From contig CM120644.1 in assembly GCA_051362555.1 (NCBI GenBank), positions 11,244,567 to 11,308,566 of the forward strand: a stretch of DNA of 64,000 bases, in the 5' to 3' direction. This DNA is from Lingula anatina. Taxonomy: Eukaryota; Animalia; Brachiopoda. Within the stretch, counting starts at the first letter, position 1, and every line of letters starts with the position of its first letter. Positions 28,601 to 37,249 of this stretch are shown piece after piece. The position numbers and the translations under genes were made by a program. The notes under the pieces were generated by a model. The model saw only the letters and a program-made list of their open reading frames with translations, was not told the DNA's origin and ran no database searches.

Positions 28601-29065
28601 TCCAGCTGTTCAGCCACCTGTGATCAGGGTACGCAGAGGAGGTCACGTGACTGCTCGGGACTGGGCGTCTGCGAGGGCTCTGGCACAGAGACTCAAGCGT
28701 GCACAGTCGGACCATGTGGTACGTCATGAGGTTATGGTGTATCAGTAGCGTAATAGTAAAGACGCACCATGTTATTTCTAAACTTAAAATATACTGAAAG
28801 ACTACAGGTAAATGATGAAATCGCTCCCCTGTTATCTTTGTGAAGTTTTGAATTCCAAGTTCCTACCTCTTTCATATGTTACGGAATGAATGCAAAGAGA
28901 ATGATCAGAGATTATGAATATTTTTCGTTTCGGTAGAGTACATTCGAAATTAGATGTCATCCAAATTATGTTTTTTTTTTTGTATAAATTTAGATCCATA
29001 AAACCTTGGATAAGAAAGCAACTTTCTCCCTTTCAGCACGACTGCGAAGAGCAAATTGTTTTGTC

Positions 29066-29113
<48 letters not shown>

Positions 29114-30866
29114 TTTTTAGCTACCTGGGGAGAGTGGAGTGCCTGGAGTAGCTGTTCAACGACATGTGGTACGGGCACTCACACACGAACACGGTCTTGT
29201 GAAGGTTTATTGATGTTTGGAGAATGCACGGGGATGGCGATACAGGACGAGGACTGCAGTGTTGGGCCTTGTGGTACGTCATCATACATAATTTTCATGC
29301 TGATTTTCAAATTGATTTTCAAAATTGATTATACAAAAAGGCACCATCCAAACGACCTATACATGTTTTAATGCATCTTTTTCAAAATTAATTCAACAAG
29401 GCCAACTAAATTTCAACATGTGGACCATTTATTCTGAAACCTCGTAAGGACCTACTTACACCGATTGGAAATGCAACATTTTTTTCAACAGAGTTATCAG
29501 ATTTTATAACATAACATAAACATAAAATCCTGTTTGCCGTTATTGCACGCGACAACATCACTAGAGAGTTGCATACATACATGCCCCTTTAACAAAGCAG
29601 GGTGAGAAGCTAGGAAAATGCTCAATTATATAATTTTTTGTGTGCGTCCTCCTATTTCAGCGTCATGGACGGAGTGGTCGTCATGGAGCAGCTGCTCGGC
29701 CTCGTGTGGGGAACAGGGGGCCAGCATCAGAAACCGTCGCTGTGAGGGCTTAGGACGGTGCTTCGGCAGACCCAGCGAGGGACGCTTCTGCAATAACGGA
29801 CCTTGTGGTGAGTCTGAGACGGTTCAATCAACCAATCAAATAATCAATCAATCAATGAAACGATCAATCATCCAATCAATCAATCTGTCAAACCGATAGT
29901 TCTAGACCTCTAAAATGAAACATAACGCTTTGCCTACAAAAACATAATGGCGTAATGCCTTGAAACAATAGTTGATTTAATTTTGTGGACTCTTTACCAA
30001 AATTGTCAGTTTCAGATAATTGATCAACTGTCAGTCCTAATTTATTTTGTGAAACCTGTCTCCACTTCTACGTCATAAACGGTATTATAACTGCCACGTG
30101 TTATTCTAGCCCAGTGGTCAGAATGGTCAGGGTGGAGTGCTTGCTCCACGTCATGCGGTGACGGGTTAGAGTCACGCACGCGCACGTGCTCTGGGTACGG
30201 CACGTGTCCAGGGCTGGGCCAGATGGACAGAGCCTGTAACAACGGTGCCTGTGGTGAGTACGAACTAGGAGACTTTTTTCTTGTTCATGTGCCGTCACCG
30301 ATGCGGTGTATGTTGATACTTTGGCTTAGGTTTCTGTTTCTCGCCATTGACCAAAGGTGTCTTGTTAGAATTTCGAAATTGTCAAGGAAGATTTTTTCGT
30401 TGTCTGCCTTGGGCACATTTGCCTGGTATTTTAACATTAAGACAAAGATTTTCTTGGAGACTTAACCAATGTTTAAATGGTTCAAGATGTAAGCAGTACA
30501 TAATCATCTTTTAAAATCCAACTGCAAGAAATGATGATGATGATGATCATGATGATGGTAATATTGATAATAATACTTATAATTATTTTTTGCTGTTGCT
30601 GTTGTTGCTGTTTTGTGTGGTGATAATCCTCAAACCCGTTTTTTCTAATTCAGCCACCTATGGACCGTGGTCGGAGTGGTCTCCCTGTACACAGACATGT
30701 GGCAGTGGTGGCACACAGCAGAGAGGACGGCTATGTTACGGTGTAGGGGAGTGTCTGGAACCCACGGTGGAAACACAGTCCTGCAACACTGATAGACCCT
30801 GTCGTAAGTTTTAAGATTTTCATTTATTTTACTGTAGTGAGGGGGTAGGAGAAAAAAGAAAGAAAG

Positions 30867-30913
<47 letters not shown>

Positions 30914-32155
30914 AACGAGTTGAAGAAACCTATAATTTATGTTACGATGTTATTCTTGTGATTTCAAACAGAATTTTACAATGATGGTCAGAGTTGAGCT
31001 GTTTGAATACTTTCCAATTCAACTACTTCATTTCAAAATTTTACATTTCATGAACGTTGTTCATTTCAGCCGAATGGTCGCCATGGGGACCGTGGAGCCC
31101 GTGCCCAGTCACGTGTGGTAACAGCACGGTCACGCGACTGAGGTCGTGTCTTCACGGGGGAGCCGAGGGAGTCGACTGTCCTGGCTACAGTTTCTCCTAC
31201 AAACCATGCATTGAGAAAGATTGTAAGTTTATGTGTGGAAATTCTAATTACAAAAGCATTGACGAACGTATTTTTCACTGTCAGTTACATTTTTCTATGA
31301 AAGAGAAAAAGTTGAATGATACTAAATTTTATGAGAAACGCCGGGATGCAATCAATGGTTCACTTCGTAAAAGCCAAGTGGTGCAAAGGCAATCGAAAAA
31401 GAAAACATATTTTAAAGGGGTATTTTAATAGATACCCTTATAATGTGTGTTAAGAACTTTAAAGTTTTAAACAGAGTAGAGAAATGATGAAATGCACGTA
31501 ATAAACACTGTAAATGATGACAGGGAAATTTCTTGTCGTATATTTCGCGCCATGAATTCCGCGTACAGTCTCTTTAAACCAACCCGAGGAGAGTTTCTGG
31601 ACATTCTTTCTGTTTTCAGCATACCTCTTTTTTCCACTTCCTTTAAACTATAATTAACTCGTTCTTCTTACTTAATCCAGGTTACGTGTACACGGCCTGG
31701 ATCAACCTAGACCACCCGTTCACCCAGGGGACCACGGGCCCCGGGGATCAGACGAATCCCGTGGGGGCCGGGGACTACGAGGTGTATCAAAACGCAGTAC
31801 GTATTCTAATAGTCCTTATGGATAATTATACGACAGTGATAATAATAATAATAATTTTCGTCAAGAGATCGCCTTACCCCTTAGATTGTACTTTACAGAG
31901 TAATAATCACCCCTTCCCTTTCAGACCTCCCGCTGCGGAGGCCGGCCAGTTCGAGGGCCAGAATGTCGAGACTCGGTGAGCAAGAAGAACTGGAATGAAG
32001 TGGGTATACCGAACACGACCGACATCTTCCCTCTACAGTGTAACTTCAGGGGTGATCTGCCGTTCGGTATAATATGCCTCAACGAACCTTCCATACGGGC
32101 CACGGGCAGGGCCTGTCCCGATTTTGAGGTCCGAATTAAGTGCCTGAATGTGTAG
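484..32155 (+). CDS. 48-exon gene: secreted protein, signal peptide + CBM14-like domain + 44 TSRs + WxxW domain (~2,351 aa)
   Basis: All exons have AG/GT boundaries with compatible phases. Summed CDS is 7,056 nt (2,352 codons including TAG at 32153-32155). Exons are listed individually below. Confidence 0.88.
1620..1710. repeat. (ATAAT)n microsatellite
   Basis: Seen directly. Confidence 0.95.
2762..2966 (+). CDS. Exon 2: chitin-binding type-2 (peritrophin-A/CBM14)-like domain
   Basis: [24 protein letters not shown]...HACAPGTG...NPCVVR. ttcAG acceptor in phase 1, AG|GTGGGT donor in phase 2 matching exon 3. The sixth Cys is in exon 3 (KTDC). Confidence 0.75.
4368..4437. repeat. Compound (CT)n(AT)n microsatellite
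   Basis: Seen directly. Confidence 0.95.
6496..6671 (+). CDS. Exon 3: linker + TSR 1
   Basis: [25 protein letters not shown]...CNTGDC; AG acceptor, GTGAGT donor. Confidence 0.9.
7442..7591 (+). CDS. Exon 4: TSR 2 (150 bp)
   Basis: [25 protein letters not shown]...CSKGDC. Confidence 0.88.
7880..8023 (+). CDS. Exon 5: TSR 3 (144 bp)
   Basis: [25 protein letters not shown]...CNNGPC. Confidence 0.9.
8620..8980. repeat. Degenerate ~105-bp tandem repeat (~4 copies)
   Basis: GCACC(T/A)TG..CTTCTTGGTAATTTGGTCA recurs near 8661, 8767, 8871, 8954. Confidence 0.65.
10367..10552. mobile_element. Tourist/PIF-Harbinger-like MITE, family 1
   Basis: TIR GGCTGCATTTAGGACAGCGGACTAACTAGTCC...GGACTAGTTAGTCCGCTGTTCTGAATACAGCC; TAA TSD. 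Confidence 0.8.
11103..11246 (+). CDS. Exon 6: TSR 4
   Basis: 144 bp, phase 1-1, [14 protein letters not shown]. Confidence 0.9.
11534..11677 (+). CDS. Exon 7: TSR 5
   Basis: 144 bp, ...[32 protein letters not shown]. Confidence 0.9.
11958..12101 (+). CDS. Exon 8: TSR 6
   Basis: 144 bp, [17 protein letters not shown]. Confidence 0.9.
12419..12562 (+). CDS. Exon 9: TSR 7 (first W replaced by L)
   Basis: 144 bp, [19 protein letters not shown]. Confidence 0.9.
12837..12980 (+). CDS. Exon 10: TSR 8
   Basis: 144 bp, [17 protein letters not shown]. Confidence 0.9.
13170..13313 (+). CDS. Exon 11: TSR 9 (class A)
   Basis: 144 bp, [31 protein letters not shown]. Confidence 0.9.
13577..13720 (+). 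CDS. Exon 12: TSR 10 (class B-like)
   Basis: 144 bp, [18 protein letters not shown]. Confidence 0.9.
14061..14204 (+). CDS. Exon 13: TSR 11 (class A)
   Basis: 144 bp, AG/GT, phase 1-1. Confidence 0.9.
14407..14550 (+). CDS. Exon 14: TSR 12 (class B)
   Basis: 144 bp, [17 protein letters not shown]...[14 protein letters not shown]. Confidence 0.9.
14838..14897. repeat. (TA)n microsatellite
   Basis: Seen directly. Confidence 0.95.
15073..15216 (+). CDS. Exon 15: TSR 13 (class A)
   Basis: 144 bp, AG/GT, phase 1-1. Confidence 0.9.
15378..15521 (+). CDS. Exon 16: TSR 14 (class B)
   Basis: 144 bp, [14 protein letters not shown]. Confidence 0.9.
15635..15778 (+). CDS. Exon 17: TSR 15 (class A)
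   Basis: 144 bp, AG/GT, phase 1-1. Confidence 0.9.
15959..16102 (+). CDS. Exon 18: TSR 16 (class B)
   Basis: 144 bp, same peptide as exon 14. Confidence 0.9.
16292..16435 (+). CDS. Exon 19: TSR 17 (class A)
   Basis: 144 bp, GTTAGT donor. Confidence 0.9.
16754..16816. repeat. (TA)n microsatellite, left of the nested block
   Basis: Seen directly. Confidence 0.95.
17120..17375 (+). mobile_element. Degenerate 3' fragment of a Penelope-like element (GIY-YIG endonuclease C-terminal part)
   Basis: Broken frames give KSALSQHQK and [46 protein letters not shown], matching the SA..H / IL..E....R...EAI.I.....LNRD.G..LP..Y pattern. Confidence 0.65.
17704..19461 (-). CDS. Nested antisense gene or young pseudogene: coiled coil + ubiquitin-like domain; exons 19461-18709, 18113-18038, ~17858-17704
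   Basis: A 251-codon heptad-rich first exon ends at GTAAGT (phase 0). It joins a ttttAG exon [25 protein letters not shown] ending at GTGAG (phase 1), then a probable terminal exon ending FRPK*. Confidence 0.6.
18190..18432. mobile_element. Degenerate MITE related to family 1, in an intron of the nested gene
   Basis: Inverted GATGATCCGAGTA/TACTCGGATCATC and ATGGTCGACCAC/GTGGTCAGCCAT. Confidence 0.55.
19545..19608. repeat. (TA)n microsatellite, right of the nested block
   Basis: Seen directly. Confidence 0.95.
19723..19866 (+). CDS. Exon 20: TSR 18 (class B)
   Basis: 144 bp, [14 protein letters not shown]. Confidence 0.9.
20138..20281 (+). CDS. Exon 21: TSR 19 (class A)
   Basis: 144 bp, same peptide as exon 13. 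Confidence 0.9.
20483..20626 (+). CDS. Exon 22: TSR 20 (L-type, paralogue of exon 9)
   Basis: 144 bp, [12 protein letters not shown]. Confidence 0.9.
21028..21171 (+). CDS. Exon 23: TSR 21 (paralogue of exon 10)
   Basis: 144 bp, [14 protein letters not shown]...[11 protein letters not shown]. Confidence 0.9.
21340..21483 (+). CDS. Exon 24: TSR 22 (class A)
   Basis: 144 bp, AG/GT, phase 1-1. Confidence 0.9.
21923..22066 (+). CDS. Exon 25: TSR 23 (class B)
   Basis: 144 bp, [10 protein letters not shown]. Confidence 0.9.
22471..22522. repeat. (ATTAT)n microsatellite
   Basis: Seen directly. Confidence 0.92.
22577..22720 (+). CDS. Exon 26: TSR 24 (class A)
   Basis: 144 bp, AG/GT, phase 1-1. 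Confidence 0.9.
23079..23222 (+). CDS. Exon 27: TSR 25 (class B)
   Basis: 144 bp, [10 protein letters not shown]. Confidence 0.9.
23405..23548 (+). CDS. Exon 28: TSR 26 (class A)
   Basis: 144 bp, AG/GT, phase 1-1. Confidence 0.9.
23900..24043 (+). CDS. Exon 29: TSR 27 (class B)
   Basis: 144 bp, AG/GT, phase 1-1. Confidence 0.9.
24412..24555 (+). CDS. Exon 30: TSR 28 (class A)
   Basis: 144 bp, AG/GT, phase 1-1. Confidence 0.9.
24779..24922 (+). CDS. Exon 31: TSR 29 (class B)
   Basis: 144 bp, AG/GT, phase 1-1. Confidence 0.9.
24954..25173. mobile_element. Possible degenerate MITE
   Basis: GGAGCTTTTTAAA / TTTAAAGGCTCC ends and weak internal inverted symmetry. Confidence 0.35.
25299..25442 (+). 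CDS. Exon 32: TSR 30 (class A)
   Basis: 144 bp, AG/GT, phase 1-1. Confidence 0.9.
25588..25731 (+). CDS. Exon 33: TSR 31 (class B)
   Basis: 144 bp, AG/GT, phase 1-1. Confidence 0.9.
25844..25987 (+). CDS. Exon 34: TSR 32 (class A)
   Basis: 144 bp, AG/GT, phase 1-1. Confidence 0.9.
26127..26270 (+). CDS. Exon 35: TSR 33 (class B)
   Basis: 144 bp, AG/GT, phase 1-1. Confidence 0.9.
26385..26528 (+). CDS. Exon 36: TSR 34 (class A)
   Basis: 144 bp, AG/GT, phase 1-1. Confidence 0.9.
26591..26719. mobile_element. 129-bp MITE with 9-bp TSD (Mutator-like)
   Basis: TIR TACCCTCTACCAGGGC / GCCCTGGTAGAGGGTA; GTTGTAACC at 26582-26590 and 26720-26728. Confidence 0.75.
27074..27217 (+). CDS. Exon 37: TSR 35 (class B)
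   Basis: 144 bp, AG/GT, phase 1-1. Confidence 0.9.
27364..27507 (+). CDS. Exon 38: TSR 36 (class A)
   Basis: 144 bp, AG/GT, phase 1-1. Confidence 0.9.
27633..27776 (+). CDS. Exon 39: TSR 37 (paralogue of exon 7)
   Basis: 144 bp, ...[14 protein letters not shown]. Confidence 0.9.
28124..28267 (+). CDS. Exon 40: TSR 38
   Basis: 144 bp, [14 protein letters not shown]. Confidence 0.9.
28575..28718 (+). CDS. Exon 41: TSR 39
   Basis: 144 bp, [14 protein letters not shown]. Confidence 0.9.
29067..29112. repeat. (TAA)n microsatellite abutting the exon 42 acceptor
   Basis: Seen directly. Confidence 0.92.
29121..29273 (+). CDS. Exon 42: TSR 40 (153 bp)
   Basis: [17 protein letters not shown]. Confidence 0.9.
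29661..29807 (+). CDS. Exon 43: TSR 41 (147 bp)
   Basis: [18 protein letters not shown]. Confidence 0.9.
30110..30253 (+). CDS. Exon 44: TSR 42 (144 bp)
   Basis: [17 protein letters not shown]. Confidence 0.9.
30654..30803 (+). CDS. Exon 45: TSR 43 (150 bp)
   Basis: [18 protein letters not shown]. Confidence 0.9.
31070..31222 (+). CDS. Exon 46: TSR 44 (153 bp)
   Basis: [15 protein letters not shown]; the final Cys is formed across the junction (T|GT). Confidence 0.88.
31681..31796 (+). CDS. Exon 47: WxxW domain, N-terminal half
   Basis: [13 protein letters not shown]...GAGDYE; matches the (W/Y)TxWxNxDxP...GDxE motif; GTACGT donor in phase 0. Confidence 0.82.
31925..32155 (+). CDS. Exon 48 (terminal): WxxW domain, C-terminal half
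   Basis: TSRCGGRP...ECRDS...QC...GIICLN...[14 protein letters not shown]; CxD(F/Y)EVRxxC is the WxxW/CILP-type terminal motif. Confidence 0.85.
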   Translation, partial: TSRCGGRPVRGPECRDSVSKKNWNEVGIPNTTDIFPLQCNFRGDLPFGIICLNEPSIRATGRACPDFEVRIKCLNV

Positions 32156-32332
32156 GGCCAATGGGGCCTTGGTTAACGTTCCTACCCCCTCCAAGGAAGA
32201 GGGAAGGGGAGGGGGGGGACGTTGACCAGGGCGAGTTTTCATGTGATTTTATTTGTTATCTGAAAAAGTGGGCGTTTCCAGCACCTGCCGATTATTTTAA
32301 AATGGGCGTGGTTGCAATCATTTCCCAATAAT

Positions 32333-32338
32333 AATAAA
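32333..32338 (+). terminator. Candidate polyadenylation signal of the TSR gene
   Basis: AATAAA ~180 nt downstream of the stop codon. Confidence 0.4.
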
Positions 32339-34114
32339 AGTGGGCGTGACCACTAAGTTTAATCTCCAATTTTAAGTCAGAGATTTACTTGAGGAATTAT
32401 CTCCAGAAAAATATCGACTCACATTTGTCATTTAGGCTGCTTGCTCCTTCGTGTACGTTTCTATCAAATGTCTGAAAAGACTTGAAATATTACAGTTATC
32501 ATCTCTAAGTAATAAGACGTATTTAAAGATGGGCATGGCACTTTTTCACAGCCATGTCAATGTCTTTCCGAAGCGGGCAAGCTGTCTTTATCAGAGTTCC
32601 AATTATAGAGTACGAGTCGGGAAGTATTCGGTTCATTTGAGACCACCTTTAGTCTGAGGAAAAGTCTCTCTCCTATATCGTATTTTATACTGTTTGGTCT
32701 TGGCTGATATACACTCGTTCAGACCATTATAAAATTTAATTGGTCTAGATCCAAGACTAAGCTAAGATTCAGTGCGTGTCATCACTGACGTCAAGACTAA
32801 AATATATACAATGTGTGTGGGTGGTTGGGTGTGATTCCCTCAGAGTTCAGTTCATTATTGGAAGTTTCGACATCCTAACGAGTCTTAAAGCCTAATAACA
32901 GTATACTCCGCATAACTCGGCAGCTTTTAACTCGATTTATTGCCATCTTGAACAAACTTTGTTAAAGTCCGTTTTCTTCTTTGCTCCAAGCTGAAACTTG
33001 TGATCAGCTCGAAGATTTGTCGAACATATTTTCGGATCCTTAAGTGTGGGAGTTATGCAGAATCTACTGTTACGGTATAAAAAATGCAACAAATTGAGCT
33101 TCGTGCCTCATTTTTGCCAGTGCCGAGTCCATGCACACTAAAGGTGAAAGTTCGGCTACATATGTTTAAATCTGAAATTCATCCTACATCCAGTGTGCGC
33201 CAGTTCTGAAGCTTGGATTATAATGTGCGACTTATGTCAGCATATCACTGGCAATGGTGAGCGCAGACAAAACTTTTCATGTTTCATATTTTCAAGACTC
33301 TACTATAGAATAGGCCGACTATTTATCATTTTAGTGTAAAAATTATTTTAGAAATCCGTCTGTCTCAGGAGAAGAGTAGTAGTGTATATTTCAGTAGTAC
33401 ATATTCCAAGATTTACTTCGTATGGTCCCGAATGTTTTTATCGAATAATTGTGTAAAAATAATTGTTTTAAAAAGCACCATGTAGAAATCAGCTGATATT
33501 TCTTAAATAAGGAGAATCTATACTGAACTATTATCAATCATATGTTAATCAGCGAAAACCTTTATTTTTGTTGTAAATCAAATATTTCTTCTCTACACGC
33601 GGCTGTCAGCATGAGGACTTCTAATATCAGAGGGGTATCATTTAGGGCGGCTCTCGTTTAGAGAGGGAATACTTGTTGATTTTGTTCATTAATTGTTAAA
33701 TATTCATTTTTTTCTTTTAAGTGGGATATGGGGGCCAGGGGTATTTATGATAATGTCTCATTCTTCATAGTATTTATGAAAAATAGATGTATGAATTAAG
33801 TTTTTGTTGTGGTTGTTGTTTTATTTCTTTCCATGATACTGACGGCACATTCTCAGGTAAACATCCCTGTCAGAACTTTGTCATATTACAAGATCTGGTG
33901 GCAAATTTTTGATGATTTCAAGGAAACTTCATCTTACATTAAAATTTTGGACACGGAAAAAATAACACTAACAGCAATAAGATAAAGATATATATGCATT
34001 GTGATTAGCTCCCAACTGAGATATACACTGCCAAAAATTCATAATATCACTGAAAATCTGAGAAGTTTTCACCAGTCATTTAACATTAAAAGTTATAAAT
34101 GAAAGGATTAATAA

Positions 34115-36168
34115 AACTAGAGGATCAGAGAGGCGATACCGCCTCCTGATATAGTACCACCAGCTGGAGCAAGCGCATTCATATGGACCCCCCCCCCAAA
34201 AAAAAAGACACCACCACCAGTCTTATGCTTGACAAGCTCTATAAAATGCAATCTATAAGAATTCTCAAAATATGCAAAAAAATATAACCAAAAATGGTAC
34301 AATCAAAATTCAGTTCATCATAAAAAGTAGGTCAAAGGTCAATTTTAAAGTCACAGTTAATTGCAAGTATATGACTTCCTATTCAAGTTCAATAGTAACT
34401 ATGGACCTATCTCTGCCAGTTTTGGAGATAAAAGGAAACCAAATTTTACAAAGTTCAATTCATGATGAAAAGTAGTCAAAGGTCAATTTCAAGGTCACAC
34501 TTAGATTGCCAGTATATGACTTCCTATTCAAGTGCAATAGTAACTATGGACCTGCCAGTATATGACTTCCTATTCAAGTTCAATAGTAACTATGGACCTA
34601 TCTCTGCCAGTTTTGGTGATAAAAGGGAACAAAAATTTGCAAAGTTCAGTTCATGGTGAAAAGTACATGTAGGTTATAGGTCTATTTTAAGGTCACATTA
34701 AATTGCCTCTAATGACTTTCTATTCAAATTCAATAGTAACTATGGGCGTATCTTTGCCAGTTTTGAAAGTATAAGCATTAAAAAAGTTGCAAAGTTCAGT
34801 TTAAGGTGTAAAGTAGGTCAAAAGTCAATTTCAAGATCAGAGTAAGATTACTAGTATATAACTTCCTATTCAACTTCAATAGTAACTATGGACCTATCTC
34901 TGCCAGGTATGGAGTTAAAAGGGAAATAACTTAGCAGAGTTCAGTTCATGGTAAAAAGTAGGTCAAAGGTCAATTTCAAGATCACACTTAGATTGCCAGT
35001 ATATGACTTCCTATTCAACTTTAATAGTAACTATTGACCTATATCTGCCAGTTTTGGATAAAAGGGAACAAAAATTTGCAAAGTTTAGTTCATGGTGAAA
35101 AGTAGGTCAAAGGTCAATTTCAAGGTCACAGTAAATTGCCTCTAATGACTTTCTATTCAAATTCAATAGCAACTATGGGTGTATCTCTGCCAGTTTTGGA
35201 GATAAAAGGGAACCAAAATTTGCAAAGTTCAATTCATGATGAAAAGTAGGTCAAAGGTCAATTTCAAGGTCACACTCAGATTGCCAGTATATGACTTCCT
35301 ATTCAACTTTAATAGTAACTATTGACGTATCTCTGCCAGTTTTGGAGATATAAGGGACTATATGTTACAATTCTGAGTTACAATAATGTGCCACCACAAT
35401 GTACTTTTTAATACAGCATAACACGAAAACCGTATGAAATACAAAAAAACAGAGACCACACCTAATGTTGGGCTTTACATGATCTCCAAAATGCAAAAAA
35501 GAACGGGTGTCTAGCATTAACGGTTTCCGAATTAGAGTTTTTAGTTTCCGTATCTTATGGCCGCTACTCCCGTGAAAATGCACTGATTGACCCCAAATTC
35601 ATGGAGATGAAAGATGACCCAATGGGTAACACTTTCCATTAATATTATTGGTTAAGTCTGTGTAGTGTCTGAATAACAGTGCAAATAATTTTTTTTTCGT
35701 AAAAAATTTGTTTTTTTTGGAAAATTTTGGCCCCTTTGACCTTGGAATAAAGGTCAAAGGTCAAATCCAAGGGCATATTTGTAATCTACACATATGACTT
35801 TTGGAAAGCCGTCTGTAGAAATTTTTCCCATAATTCCTTCCGTAGGGTAGATAATTGGCATTGAATTTTCAAAAATTTTGACAAGGGTGCATTTCAACGA
35901 GCGTCACGCCCAGGTCAATGCACCGACTGAGACAAAAAAACCTGGGGGTTCAAGTTGAGGTTATATGTGACCTAAATCCAAGAGATGGGGACAGGGGTCC
36001 TTGTGGTCTAGGAGGAGAAGCGGTAACGGTGACTTGTATCCGGCGCCAGTACGCGGAGCCGGCGGAGCTCACGGAGCTCACGGAGCCGGCAGAGCCAACG
36101 GAGCCGGACGAGACGGGTCGGGACTAAAACCATGAGTACCGCCAGCGTACACGCTGGTGGTACTAATA
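34115..36168 (+). mobile_element. Helentron/HINE-like non-autonomous element carrying an internal satellite
   Basis: Starts AACTAGAG plus a short inverted repeat, then ~7 tandem ~145-bp units, 9-bp repeats at 36053-36115, and a terminal hairpin AGTACCGCCAGCGT-AC-ACGCTGGTGGTACT (36135-36164) followed by AATAA. Confidence 0.65.
34305..35360. repeat. Tandem ~145-bp satellite (~7 copies)
   Basis: Recurring AAAGTAGGTCAAAGGTCAATTTCAAGGTCAC...TATGACTTCCTATTCAA...GTAACTATGGACCTATCTCTGCCAG. Confidence 0.9.
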
Positions 36169-36962
36169 AGCATAATCAGTTGAAGCATTTCTTTCTTTGC
36201 TCACTCCATTTGCAAAGCTTGCGTCAGTCTCATTTTTAATTCATATTTTCAAAACTTTTCATCCTAATTTATACATAGGTAAATAAAATGACATTAAAGA
36301 TGATTAGATAATTTGATTTTGTAAAGGAAATACCTGCCACCTGAATTGAAAACAATAAGTTAGTTTTCTGAGCTTCATACACAAATAACAACAAATGCAA
36401 AAAAAAAAGCAGACTTCTTGAATAAGAACCACCACCTTCTAAAATGTTCTATTGTGGATTCTTCAAAACAATGCTGGCATTAAAAGATTGTCATCTTACA
36501 GGCAGATTACTCTACAGTCACAAAATATGGCACAAATTCGTAGTCTTGTTACCTGAAATTGCACAACATACCAGTCAATAACAGCACCAATATTCTTCAC
36601 TTACAAGAGTACTCAATGTTTTCAAGTATACAGAGATTGGCCAATTGGGTCCAACTTATATTATTTGTGGCTCGTTTGGCAATTTATAAGTTCTTAATTT
36701 GGATCAAAGTCACAGGCTTAACTGCATGTTATTAATATTTTAAAATATTAGCCTCTTCTTGGGTGGGGGTGAGGGGGATGGAGGGGGTGGGAGTAGGGCG
36801 AAATGAACTCCTTGTGAAGAACCTGTACATCTTGATAAATGTACTAATGATTTGATGCTTCATAATCACACTGTATTACCACAGTGAATCTTTGTACTGA
36901 AGTTTATGTCCTTCCTGTCTCAGTCCCCATATTACCCCCTTTGGGTGTGGGAAGGGGGGACC

Positions 36963-37249
36963 TCACGATAACTCAGCATAATACAAGTCTATGGCTTCTG
37001 CAATGTCATGGTTGGCTCTCTGCACATAGGACTTGGCTTTGGCACTGTCAGATATATTGGTGATCACGAGAAACTCCTTGATCAGATTATTAAGGACTAA
37101 ATCGACAGGGTCCTCCTCAGGTTCTGGGCTGGGTACAGGTGGCGGAAATCCCTGGAAAAGTGACTGGAAGCTCCCTCTTGGAGCTGGCACTGTACTGGTG
37201 GTGGTGGAACTGGTGGCGGAAGGACCAGTGGCTGTTGTTGAACTTGGAG
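36963..37249 (-). CDS. PARP terminal exon with UBA-like domain
   Basis: CTAAT branch point + pyrimidine tract + AG; LIKEFLVITNISDSAKAKSYVQRANHDIAEAIDLYY resembles the UBA_4/TAP-C-like consensus. Confidence 0.8.

Noticed and set aside
11103-28718. Repeat-spacer layout superficially like a CRISPR array
   Set aside because: The repeats are 144-bp coding exons bounded by AG/GT and the spacers are introns; eukaryotic context and no cas genes.
7880-30253. Dscam-style mutually exclusive exon cluster
   Set aside because: Introns are long enough for normal splicing, I could not see docking/selector sequences, and A/B alternation fits tandem inclusion better. Not excluded without long reads.
7407-31278. 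Minus-strand and shifted-frame ORFs overlapping TSR exons
   Set aside because: Shadows of GC-rich coding exons with no independent coding evidence.
484-32155. Naming the gene SCO-spondin, hemicentin, ADAMTS or CILP
   Set aside because: No vWD, LDLa, Ig, EGF or metalloprotease exons were found, so no symbol was assigned.
35918-36127. ORF with EPAELTELTEPAEPTEPDE repeats
   Set aside because: Translation of the 9-bp repeats inside the HINE-like element.
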